Positions 18,903-28,297 of a stretch of DNA of 64,000 nucleotides are shown piece by piece (within the stretch, counting starts at the first letter, position 1; the number at the start of each line of letters is the position of its first letter). The stretch is from positions 320,001 through 384,000 of the forward strand of contig CAWIYV010000011.1 of assembly GCA_963840455.1 (NCBI GenBank), written 5' to 3'. Under the pieces are notes generated by a model. That model was not told the origin of the DNA, did no database searches, and saw only the letters and a list, made by a program, of their open reading frames with translations. This stretch comes from Nitrospirota bacterium. GTDB taxonomy: Bacteria; Nitrospirota; UBA9217. A program made the translations under genes and the position numbers.

Positions 18903-19916
18903 ATGCCGATGACCTGGGATCCGGTAATGATATCGCTCATCATCCCCGTGCGGAATGCGGAGGCCACCATCGAAAAGTGCCTTGCTGCTGCCTTTGCTCT
19001 TGACGATGCACGATATGAAATCATCGTTGTCGATGATGCCTCGGAAGACGCCTCTGCCGCACTCATAGGGAAATATCCCTGCACGCTCATACGGCTGGAC
19101 GCCCATTCCGGCGCCGCCAGGGCACGGAACGTCGGCGCACGGCACAGCAAGGGAGACATTCTGTTCTTTACGGATGCGGACTGCCTCGTTGCGAACGATG
19201 TGCTTTCGCGGGTCCGCGCGGCATTGTACGGCCGCGACGCCGAGGTGGTCCTCGGCGGAACCTACACTTCGCTCCCCTATGACCGGGACTTCTTCAGCAC
19301 ATTCCAGTCGCTCTTCATTCATTATTCGGAGACAAAGGACAGCGAGAACCCCGATTATCTTGCAACCCACGCCATGGCTATCAGTGCGGAGACGTTCCGG
19401 AACATCGGCGGCTTTTCCGAAGATCTCGGGCCCATCCTCGAGGACGTCGAGATCAGCCATCGGCTTCGCAGGGCTGGATATCGATTGCGCATGGACCCCG
19501 GCCTTCAGGTACAGCACATCTTCCGGCATTCCCTGTTGAGATCACTCGGCAATGCCGTGCGCAAGGCCACCTACTGGACCCTCTACTCTCTCCGAAACCG
19601 GGACCTCCTTGCCGACTCCGGAGCCGCCTCGCGGGAGCTGAAGGTGAACGGCCTTGTCTGGTTGTTGACGGCGACGGTTACTCTCTTCGTCCTGGTATCG
19701 GGACAGGTACGTCTCCTCTTGATCGTGCCCCTGATCGAGATGCTAAATGTCTGGGTGAACTTGAGACTTTTCACAACGTTCCTCAAATCAAAAGGAGTGC
19801 TCTTTGCATTGGCTGCGATGCTCTATTATACGCTCCTGTATCCCGCTGCGGTCTGGATGGGGGTCCTCAGCGCGCTTGCACGGCATCTCGCACAGCGACG
19901 AACGGTGAACGCATGA
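18903..19916 (+). CDS. Glycosyltransferase family 2 with C-terminal TM helices
   Basis: SLIIPVRN, VVDDAS, ARNVG, FTDAD, ED motif. Confidence 0.9.
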   Translation: MPMTWDPVMISLIIPVRNAEATIEKCLAAAFALDDARYEIIVVDDASEDASAALIGKYPCTLIRLDAHSGAARARNVGARHSKGDILFFTDADCLVANDVLSRVRAALYGRDAEVVLGGTYTSLPYDRDFFSTFQSLFIHYSETKDSENPDYLATHAMAISAETFRNIGGFSEDLGPILEDVEISHRLRRAGYRLRMDPGLQVQHIFRHSLLRSLGNAVRKATYWTLYSLRNRDLLADSGAASRELKVNGLVWLLTATVTLFVLVSGQVRLLLIVPLIEMLNVWVNLRLFTTFLKSKGVLFALAAMLYYTLLYPAAVWMGVLSALARHLAQRRTVNA

Positions 19917-21046
19917 CGGACATTTCGCAAATGATGGCGGAGGCCGCGCAACGGGCCGTCGGCATGTATTCGCCCTTCCGGCATGTGCAGGACATCGTTT
20001 GGAAGCGACGACCCATCCAGATCACCTTCTTCGTAACCAGACGGTGCAATGCAAAATGCCCGTTCTGCTTTGCGCTCCGGTCGGTGGAGCCTGCCGGGAA
20101 TGGTTCCCCCGAGCTGTCCATCGGGGAGATACGGCGGATCTCAGCTTCGCTCGGCCCGCTGCTGTGGCTCGCATTTTCAGGAGGTGAGGTCTTTCTCCGC
20201 AACGACCTCGCGGAGATCGCGTCGATATTCTACCGCACGAACCGTCCTGCGATCATGCTCTTCCCAACGAACGGCCTCCTTCCCGAGGTGATCCGTGACA
20301 CCGTTGAGAAGGTCCTTCAAACATGCCCCAAGAGCATCATCGTCGTCAAGCTCTCCCTGGACGGGCTGGGCCCCGACCATGATAAACTCCGGAACACGCC
20401 GGGGAGCTTCGAACGGACCATGGAAACCTACCGGCTGCTCGAAGGATTCATCGATGTCTATCCCCAGTTCGAGCTCGGTGTCAACACGGTCTTCTGCTCA
20501 GAGAACCAGGACCGCATGGACGCGATCATTGATTTCGTCGCGGGCCTCGAAAAGGTCACGACGCACACCCTGTCGCTGGTCCGCGGCGATCTCGTGAACG
20601 AGCAGTACAAGAACGTGGATCACGAAAAATATCGCCGTGCCATCGATCGGCTGGCCAAGGACCTGCAGGGCGGGACCGCACGCACCTATCGGTTCCGCGG
20701 CGGCCGCCTAAAGGCCGCGCAGGACATTCTGCAAAGAAGGCTCATCTATCGCACTGTGCAGGAGCAACGAAGGGTCATCCCCTGCTACGCAGGCAGGCTG
20801 AACCTCGTTCTGCGGGAAAACGGGGACGTTTATCCCTGTGAGATCCTGTCGGAGCGTTTCGGCAACGTGCGGGACCATGACCATGACCTGCGAAAGGTGA
20901 TGCGGTCGGAGGAAGCAAGGAAGATCATCGCATCGATAAGCGCCAAGAAGTGCCGCTGCACGCATGAGTGCTATTTCATGACGAACATCCTCTTCAATCC
21001 GCGCCTGTATCCAACCCTGACCAGGGAATACCTCCGGCTCGGATGA
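19913..21046 (+). CDS. Radical SAM/SPASM domain protein
   Basis: CNAKCPFC motif, SGGE, SLDG, CYAG..GDVYPCE, CRCTHEC; ATGA overlap with the GT2 gene. Confidence 0.9.
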   Translation: MTDISQMMAEAAQRAVGMYSPFRHVQDIVWKRRPIQITFFVTRRCNAKCPFCFALRSVEPAGNGSPELSIGEIRRISASLGPLLWLAFSGGEVFLRNDLAEIASIFYRTNRPAIMLFPTNGLLPEVIRDTVEKVLQTCPKSIIVVKLSLDGLGPDHDKLRNTPGSFERTMETYRLLEGFIDVYPQFELGVNTVFCSENQDRMDAIIDFVAGLEKVTTHTLSLVRGDLVNEQYKNVDHEKYRRAIDRLAKDLQGGTARTYRFRGGRLKAAQDILQRRLIYRTVQEQRRVIPCYAGRLNLVLRENGDVYPCEILSERFGNVRDHDHDLRKVMRSEEARKIIASISAKKCRCTHECYFMTNILFNPRLYPTLTREYLRLG

Positions 21047-21103
21047 GAGCAGCCTTGTCCTTACGATCATTCTCCGTGCTGGCCGGCATCCCCGCACCAA
21101 GGC

Positions 21104-21135
21104 AAAAAAAGGGAGGCGCTCCATGGCGCCTCCCT
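21104..21135 (-). terminator. Intrinsic terminator of the porin operon
   Basis: AGGGAGGCGC/GCGCCTCCCT stem with a T-run on the minus strand. Confidence 0.75.
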
Positions 21136-21164
21136 GGTAAGACCTCAGCAAAGACTGTTGAACA

Positions 21165-22397
21165 TCAGATACGGAACTGAAGCATGGCGGTCCAGGTCGT
21201 GAAATCCTTATTCGCTGCATCCTCCTTCGAATAATCGTTTATGGAGTACTCGAGCGTCAGCCTCAGGTTCTGGCCACTGATATAATAATTGACGCCGAGG
21301 GCGGACCACTTGATCTCCTGGTCATAGATGCCCTGAAGCTGAGCAAAGTTCCATTTTTCATAGCGGCCGAAGATCTGGAGGTCAGCTCCGCCGATCTTCC
21401 CGGGAAGGAGGTAGCCCGCTTTCGCATACCATCCGTTCTTCTCTCCATTGATGCCGATGCTCCTCAGATCGGGGTCCGCACCCTTATAGGCCCCATCAAA
21501 GTCTTCCTTCAAATAGGCCCCGGAGACCGTGAACGTTCCCGCCGGCGTCGGATACTCGAAGAACGCATCATACGTATATGCCTTGTAGTCCTTCGTATCG
21601 CTCAAGCCCGCAACGTTCCCATAGACGGCGGCAGACTCGACCTGGTATCCCGCACCGACGGTCAGGACCTTTTTCTTGCCGAGATAGGTGCCCTTGTAGG
21701 TGAGCGAGTATTCGGGGTCAAGAAGGGAAACGTGGGCCCTGGCCGTGTACCGCAAGTTGCTCTTCGGATCATTGATATCATCATTGCCCTTCATTGCAGA
21801 GAGCCGGTACTGGAACAGCGCGTCTGCAATATTCCCCCAGAGGAGCACGCCGAAATCGCGGTTCAGCCGCGGCAGGTCCGTATAGACAAAATAGGACCGG
21901 TCCACGCTCAACGGTTCGAAACAGCTCTCGTTGTCCTCCCGGACCAGGGGGTCCTTGGTCAGGCCCGCGCGAAGCCGGACTGAATCGGACCAGTCCGCCG
22001 TAAAGAACGTGTCAATGATATCGAAGTTCTTTCCCGGCGTTGCCGAAACCGAGGTAGCATTGATCCGCTGATCGCCTTGATACTGGATGGCGGAGTAAAA
22101 TCCGTAGACATCGTTCAACTGGCCGGAGAGCATGAGCCGGTTTCTCTTGAAGAAGATGTCCGTCGTAGTGTCGGTCCCGTTCGGGCCCGACCCCGTGTCC
22201 CGGGACTGGAAGTACAATTGGAATGCATAGCTGAACTGGATTGAAGAGACGACCTCCGCGACCTTTTGGGCCGTCTCACTTGGTACGTTTGGTAACGCTT
22301 CCGTCTGCTGAGCCTGAACGACAGGTACGCCGCACAGGAGAAGAGCCAGCAGCAGCCACGCAGACAGCGCGTATCGTCTGGATCCTGCTTTAGCCAT
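21165..22397 (-). CDS. extI: Outer-membrane porin, ExtI-like (phosphate-selective porin family)
   Basis: Signal peptide, beta-barrel alternation, aromatic C-terminal strand; lies downstream of an ExtH-like rhodanese as in Geobacter extHI. Confidence 0.7.
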   Translation of the reverse strand: MAKAGSRRYALSAWLLLALLLCGVPVVQAQQTEALPNVPSETAQKVAEVVSSIQFSYAFQLYFQSRDTGSGPNGTDTTTDIFFKRNRLMLSGQLNDVYGFYSAIQYQGDQRINATSVSATPGKNFDIIDTFFTADWSDSVRLRAGLTKDPLVREDNESCFEPLSVDRSYFVYTDLPRLNRDFGVLLWGNIADALFQYRLSAMKGNDDINDPKSNLRYTARAHVSLLDPEYSLTYKGTYLGKKKVLTVGAGYQVESAAVYGNVAGLSDTKDYKAYTYDAFFEYPTPAGTFTVSGAYLKEDFDGAYKGADPDLRSIGINGEKNGWYAKAGYLLPGKIGGADLQIFGRYEKWNFAQLQGIYDQEIKWSALGVNYYISGQNLRLTLEYSINDYSKEDAANKDFTTWTAMLQFRI

Positions 22398-22455
22398 GAA
22401 AGCCTCCTTTACGAGCCGATCACTGTGAACAATGCACAACCATATCCAACGCACC

Positions 22456-22719
22456 CTAACACGAGCACTCGAACTGATCACGGTACTTGAGACGAGGTTT
22501 TTTCTGCGGAGGCGCCTTTTTCTTTTCCGGGGATTCCTTGCCCGTAGGCGAGAGGGCATCTCCCGGCTTCTTGTCTTTCTGGTCCTCCGTACGGGACCCC
22601 TCGTCCGGCTGCTGCGCGGCGCCGTTCTTTGAGCCCATGGCATGGCAGACATGCACCAACGGGCCTGCAGCGAACAACAATACCGCCGCGAGAGTTAGAT
22701 AGGTGATCATGTTCTTCAT
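22456..22719 (-). CDS. Small exported protein ending in CxC
   Basis: Signal peptide, low-complexity linker, C-terminal ECSC; starts 3 bp after the rhodanese stop. Confidence 0.6.
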   Translation of the reverse strand: MKNMITYLTLAAVLLFAAGPLVHVCHAMGSKNGAAQQPDEGSRTEDQKDKKPGDALSPTGKESPEKKKAPPQKKPRLKYRDQFECSC

Positions 22720-22722
22720 TAC

Positions 22723-24372
22723 CTAGTATCCCGGTGCGATGGGACCTCCGCCTCCTCCGCCGCCGCCCCCTGAACCACCTCCAACACCGAAATACACCGC
22801 GTCCTCCTCTTCGATCTCATTTGCCGTTGCGGCATAGGAATTGGGCAGCAGCGGGGTGCATCCTGCGGGGCTGTATGTGGTGACACCAGCCACGCTCGTA
22901 CTGCTAGAACAAATACTTCCGTCTAGAGCAAGGCGCTCCACTGCCCTCTTGGTGATGAAGTCCCACCGGTCTCCCACGGTATGGCCCGTAGTTGTGGCAA
23001 AAGAAACGGTCATGCCCTCACCAATCGTGTACGTTCCGGCTGAAATAGGAACACTTTGTTCGTTCCAGACCGTATTGGTCGCACTGCTCGAGAGCCACCA
23101 GCTGAACGTATCAGGCGTGCCTGAGCTGTCGATCTGGACCCTAAAGAACCTGCTCGCTGTTCCGCTGTACGCCCCCCCTGCGGTCATGTCGTTGAGGTTC
23201 AAAACGGTCCCCGTAGCCGACGTATAGAACACCGGACCCGGCGTTGTATCGAACGTGTAGACGACCAACTCACTGCGGGACGGGACATCTGTCCTCCAGG
23301 GAGAATCAGGTTGTAACATTCCACCAGGCCCCGCTGCCATCTGCCCCCACTGGCTCCAGGAACCGTCGTACAAAGAGACAGGCCAATCAAGTATCGCATC
23401 AAGAACAAAGAACGCCGAACTGGCGATCACTCCTGTCCTTCAGTACACGTGGGCAATCTTTGTGCTGTCGATGCCGATGGCATTGAACATCGCTGCAAGG
23501 ACATCGGGTGCTTTGAAACGATAGTTTTTCGTAGAATCGAACAAATCTGTGTAGAGCATTGCCTTGCCGTTCTTGAGACGGCCTTCGAAGGCCACAAAAT
23601 CGCTTCCCGGGTTGAATACCCCGCCAGTGGACCCTCGCTTGCCGGCATAGGAACCGTCGGTCGGCACGCTCCTCATGTCAACCGGAATGGCATTAGCCAC
23701 TCTGCCTTCGGCAACCTTGATCATATCGCTTAGAGAGGCCCTGAGGTCCGTACGCAACTGGACGTTTTTCTTCACGCTGTATGTGGCAGGCGTGGGGGTT
23801 GGCGGGTCGCCCGGAGTCAGACCGTATGTTGCATTCCAGGCAAAGTTGATCCCATCGAGCACCTTCAGCTTTTCCTTGGGAAAGCCCCAGTACCGGAAGA
23901 TCCAGTAGGACCTCGTAGCGGTGAGAACAGTGCCTGCGCTAGGAGAAGCCGCCCCGCTGGTCAACACGATGGTCGTATCCCTATCGATCCCAAACTTCTG
24001 GACAAGAGCGTCTATGTGCGAGCCATCGAGAACCATGGTGACATCCGCCGCCGGCCCCTCCGTACGGGTCTGGGCGATGTCGGCACTATTCACGAATTGC
24101 GCGCCCGGAATGTGGCCTGCAGTGTAGGTCGCCAAGGAGGTGACATCGAGGATGATCACCTTGTCGTACCCCGTACTGTTCACGACGCCACTGTCGATCC
24201 ATGCCTTGAGTGTTTCTGGGGAGATGAGCGTAGCAGATGTTTGAGAGGTTGTCGGTGTGTCGTAGTTGGACGTACTACAGCTGTTGATCAACAGGGGGAC
24301 TGCCAGGAGAGACATCAAGAGCGCCAAGAAAATCAATTTGCTGCCGAGCCATTGCTTTTTGATGAAAGCCAT
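22723..24372 (-). CDS. extH: Rhodanese-domain lipoprotein, ExtH-like selenoprotein (Sec at 23440-23442)
   Basis: Two in-frame ORFs joined by one TGA in the active-site context VY-U-RTG; GHIPGA, LDG, YDGSWSQW rhodanese motifs; lipobox NSC. Confidence 0.85.
23401..23439 (-). promoter_or_regulatory. Bacterial SECIS element
   Basis: Directly after UGA: AGGACAGG pairs with UUUGUUCU; upper stem CGCC-AGUUC-GGCG, loop 18 nt from the UGA. Confidence 0.7.
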
Positions 24373-24571
24373 CCTCTGCCTCCTTTCAGCGTATATGCCC
24401 CGAACGAAAACAAAAAAAACATGAGTCCCTTTTCCTTACTTCACCTCCTTTTCGTGCTGAACCATAGAAATAAATCCGCGAATTGTTCTTGAAAGGTCTG
24501 CGACGTGTAGAGAAGATATTTCATTCACCTGACACAGCACTTCATAGCTCAATGATGTCAACAATGATTAA

Positions 24572-24600
24572 AGTATAGTCTCCGGAAAAATGACTGTCAA
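24572..24600 (-). promoter_or_regulatory. Sigma70 promoter of the extH operon
   Basis: TTGACA-17 bp-TATACT on the minus strand. Confidence 0.7.
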
Positions 24601-24843
24601 GGAAATTGCTTTTTTCATCATTCGGGTGCAATATTTTGCCTAGCAGATGATATATACCTGCACTTATGATGGTCTTTCGATCTGTTTTCGCGGATCAATA
24701 GGACTCAGGAACAGAACATCCGGGCATTCTGTTGTTGTCGAGAGAAACAGAGAAAGACCGTTCTGATGCAATGGCCGCGAGAGTCTCGGATGGTGTTCAG
24801 CACAGGAAAAGTAGACCGGGTTCGCAGCATAGAGACGAATGCT

Positions 24844-26538
24844 TCACCGCCGGGTATAGACATGCACGATCGTCTTGTACCGGAATGGGTCCGATGCCAA
24901 CGCGAACCGCTTCACGACCGGCAAGGCCGCTGTCCGCTGCTGAAGGAAGGGAGGCAGGTCATTCATCGGCCCGCCGGAAATGACGACGACCGACTCCCCT
25001 CCAATCAGGACCGGGTCCCCTGCGTAATACTCCGGGTTTTGATACTCCCAGGTGAACCGCAATGACGATGTTGTCCGTTCGACACCGGCCGGCAGGGCTC
25101 CCGGACCGTATCGGTACTGAATCTTCCCCTGGGTGAACAGGTCCAAAAGGGGGACTGCCACCGCAGGATTCGCGACCGGATCGAGGAGGGGCAGCGTGAA
25201 CACTTCGACGGTATGAACCCCCGCGGAATTGAGATATTCGCCGGCCCTCTTGATGTTTATGGCGCTTGTGCTTCGCGCAAAGGGAAGATAACCAAAGAAG
25301 AGCGTGATGAGCGACGTAACCATCGTGATGGATACGATGAAGGCCCGCACTTCACGCCGCCTGATCAACTGGAGCCCATAGGCCGCCATGAGCGCAAACA
25401 TGGGAAGCACCGGCAGGAGGTACCGGAACCTCCTGATGTCAGCGAGTACCACGAGCACCAGGAGCCAGCTGACGATGAGAAAGGAAGGGTCTTTCTTTCT
25501 GAATGCTACGAAGAAGGAGCAGGCTGCCGCGAGGGTAACGAAGGGGTGGACCTGGAAAAGAAAGGTCGAGAGATAGCTTTCGCCCCAGCGTTCCAATCCC
25601 GGCAGCTGATAGCTCTTGAGCAGCGCGAACTGCTCCGAGAACACGTCGGCCTTGAAGAAAGCCGTTGCGGCGATAAGTGCGCCGGACAGCGCAAAGACCG
25701 CGAGAGAGCGGCGGACGGCGGCCGGGGCATCCTTCTTCACCGCAAGCGCCGCAATGATGCCGAGCACGGAGAGGAACAGCCAGGCCGAGTATTTACTGAA
25801 AACCGCCAGAAAGACCGCGCACGAGGCGAGCGCGGTCCTTCCGCCCCCTCCCCGGTCAAGCGCGTCCAGGAACGTATAGATCGCCAGCGTGAGGAAGAAC
25901 ATGGTGGGAATGTCCACGAGCATGAGCGGCACCTGTGCAAGCATGCATGGCATCCCGAGCAGAAGCAGTCCCGCGGAGGAGCCGATCTCCTTGCTCCAGA
26001 GCTTCCTGCCGATCAGGAAGGTGAGCAGGACGGTCGATGAGAAAAGCAAAGTCGTGAACGCCTGGATCGCGATCCTGTGTTCGCCGAACAGGGAAAAGAT
26101 CATGCCGAAGAAGAACGGCACCGCAGGCAGGTCGGTCCACGAACCGATCCCCTTCCCCCATTCCCTCACGAAGTATCCGGCACCGTAAACCTCAAGGTGC
26201 TTGGCCTGCGTGAAGTACCGCGATGCATCCATAAGCAGCTCCGGCTCTCCCCAGAGCATAACTGCCGAGACGACGGAGAGGAGAACGGGTGCAACAAGGG
26301 GGCTGCGCTCGAAGAAGGACCACCGGGCGAGCAGATAGGCGGCAAGGATGCCAGGAACGAAACGCATCAGAAGGCCGGCGGATCCTACGCCGGCGTAGAC
26401 CCACTTCCAACTGAACAGGCGGTTGTCGTCAACGGTTCGAAAGAGGTAGAGCGCGAATATCGTCACGAGCGCGGCCGCTGAGATGGCGATGAACGCACCC
26501 GTTGCGGTATCATGTGGAGTCCTGCTGTCACTTGCCAT
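24844..26538 (-). CDS. Membrane glycosyltransferase (ArnT/GT39/PMT-like)
   Basis: Many TM helices, D..RY loop, KY and RYLLP motifs. Confidence 0.8.
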   Translation of the reverse strand: MASDSRTPHDTATGAFIAISAAALVTIFALYLFRTVDDNRLFSWKWVYAGVGSAGLLMRFVPGILAAYLLARWSFFERSPLVAPVLLSVVSAVMLWGEPELLMDASRYFTQAKHLEVYGAGYFVREWGKGIGSWTDLPAVPFFFGMIFSLFGEHRIAIQAFTTLLFSSTVLLTFLIGRKLWSKEIGSSAGLLLLGMPCMLAQVPLMLVDIPTMFFLTLAIYTFLDALDRGGGGRTALASCAVFLAVFSKYSAWLFLSVLGIIAALAVKKDAPAAVRRSLAVFALSGALIAATAFFKADVFSEQFALLKSYQLPGLERWGESYLSTFLFQVHPFVTLAAACSFFVAFRKKDPSFLIVSWLLVLVVLADIRRFRYLLPVLPMFALMAAYGLQLIRRREVRAFIVSITMVTSLITLFFGYLPFARSTSAINIKRAGEYLNSAGVHTVEVFTLPLLDPVANPAVAVPLLDLFTQGKIQYRYGPGALPAGVERTTSSLRFTWEYQNPEYYAGDPVLIGGESVVVISGGPMNDLPPFLQQRTAALPVVKRFALASDPFRYKTIVHVYTRR

Positions 26539-26831
26539 AAGTGTCGTCAGGCGTCGTCTGAAGATGCCCGGTTCCGGTTTCAACCGTCTCTATCACCAGG
26601 TCCGAGCCAGTTTGGGGTCTGACTTGATTCTGTCGTCATTTCAATTGACGCTGCAGGAGGAGGATGAACAGGCTGGACGAGCGGGCAGGGCCTCCCGATG
26701 ACGTGAGAATATAGGAAATACATTGTTGAGTCAAGCGACAGGGAAGGCTGCTCCGCGTTGTTTTGGTTGGGGCGTTGTGATATATTGGCTCCTGGAATAA
26801 ATAACGATGTTCGATAGTCAGCTCCCAGAGG

Positions 26832-27524
26832 ATGAAAATGAAAAAAATTCTCATTGCCGAAGCACTCAAATCCTACATCGCAAAAGAAAAAAGTTTTCTC
26901 AAGCGCGAAGATATCACCGTTTACTCGGCTGCAACGACCGATGACATGCTGAAGATCCACCGGTCCGAAAAGGTAAGCCTGATCATATCGCAGATCGACA
27001 TGCCTGGGATGAGCGCCGAACAGCTTTGTGCGCAGATCCGGAACAACGAGGCGCTCCGGCAGGTCTCCCTCCTCATGATCAGCCCGGACACGTCGTCTGA
27101 CCGCGAGAGGGCTTCCCGCTGCAAGCCCAATGCGATCATGACCCTGCCGATCAACACGGCTCAGCTCCTGGAAAAGGTGCAGCTTCTGCTGGACATTCCC
27201 TGGCGCGGGTCCTTCCGTGTCCTGCTGAGCGTTGCCGTCGAAGGCGACGACAAGGGGAACGCGTTCTTTTGCGGTTCGGAGAACATCAGTTCTTCAGGCC
27301 TGTTGATCGAAACAGACCGGGTGATCTCGAAGAACGACCGGGTGACCTGCAAGTTCTTCCTGTCCGGCTCCGAGCAGATCGTCGTACGCGGCGAGGTCGT
27401 CAGGATCATGAAGCGTGATGCCGGGAAGAACGTCAATCAGTACGGCATCCGCTTCTTAGAGATCGACCAAAAAGCGCAGACGTCGATCGCTTCCTTCGTA
27501 AAAAAGAGGGCGAAACAGGCCTAG
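26832..27524 (+). CDS. Pseudo-receiver + PilZ domain protein
   Basis: RGSFR and NISSSG PilZ motifs; similar to 7664-8344 along its length. Confidence 0.8.
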   Translation: MKMKKILIAEALKSYIAKEKSFLKREDITVYSAATTDDMLKIHRSEKVSLIISQIDMPGMSAEQLCAQIRNNEALRQVSLLMISPDTSSDRERASRCKPNAIMTLPINTAQLLEKVQLLLDIPWRGSFRVLLSVAVEGDDKGNAFFCGSENISSSGLLIETDRVISKNDRVTCKFFLSGSEQIVVRGEVVRIMKRDAGKNVNQYGIRFLEIDQKAQTSIASFVKKRAKQA

Positions 27525-27595
27525 CGGGCCAGTTCCAAAGGTCCTTCCTTCGTTCATGCAGATCCTTTTCTCCGCCGCGCAGCATGCCCGCGCGC

Positions 27596-28223
27596 CCTAC
27601 AAACTGCAGGGAATCTTCGATCCTCAAGGAAGTTATTTATTCGGGTCTTCTGACTTTCGTGTGGGTATTACAAAGTGTCTTTAAGATTATTATGCTGAAT
27701 TATCAAGCCTCAGACGGCCTTCCCGCCGCCTTTCTTGCTTGCCCGAAGAAAGGTGGCGCCAAAGAACGGCACCCGGCGACCATTCTGATCCGTCATGCTC
27801 GGTCGTCCTCGGTACATTTCAGAAACTCGGGCTTCGCCCTCAGACAGTCTGAAATGTTTAACCCTCGGACTCGGTCGCATGACGGGAATGTTCGCATGGG
27901 GAGGAGGTCAACGGCTTTAGAAGCTTTTACCCAAATCCCGCATGTCCCCGGAGCGGCCCTACGAAATTTTGGGGCACCGGTCTTGGCCTAAGGAAGCGTC
28001 CCGAAGGGCGGACGCGAACTGTCTGAGGCCGCAGGCCGAGTTTTCGCGGCCGAGCGGACGTGGCCTTAGACCGGTCCAAAATTTCGTTCAGGCTGCGAAG
28101 GGGATATGCAAAAAAGTTTCATGATCCGGGTATTACCCACACAAAACCCGGAAGATCCAATTATTCTAATCGCTCGCTAATCCCTGCAGCAAGCTACTGG
28201 GAATGCGCTCGCTCCTGGATTCA
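27596..28223. mobile_element. Nested MITE cluster: family C element split by a TIR-bounded element (27643-28158) that contains family A (27726-27900) and family B (27936-28115) repeats
   Basis: 29-bp imperfect terminal inverted repeats (23/29 match); flanking 8-mers ATTTATTC / AATTATTC. Confidence 0.65.
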
Positions 28224-28297
28224 CGGTTATTCGAGCGCATCAGGGAAGTCACTGCGTTATCCCGCGGCATGCAGCAGCACCCTCTTCGGGAACAGAA

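Noticed and set aside
24441-24545. Cys-rich leader peptide MKCCVR (followed by TGA) upstream of extH
   Set aside because: No RBS, no attenuator or SECIS structure seen; likely chance.
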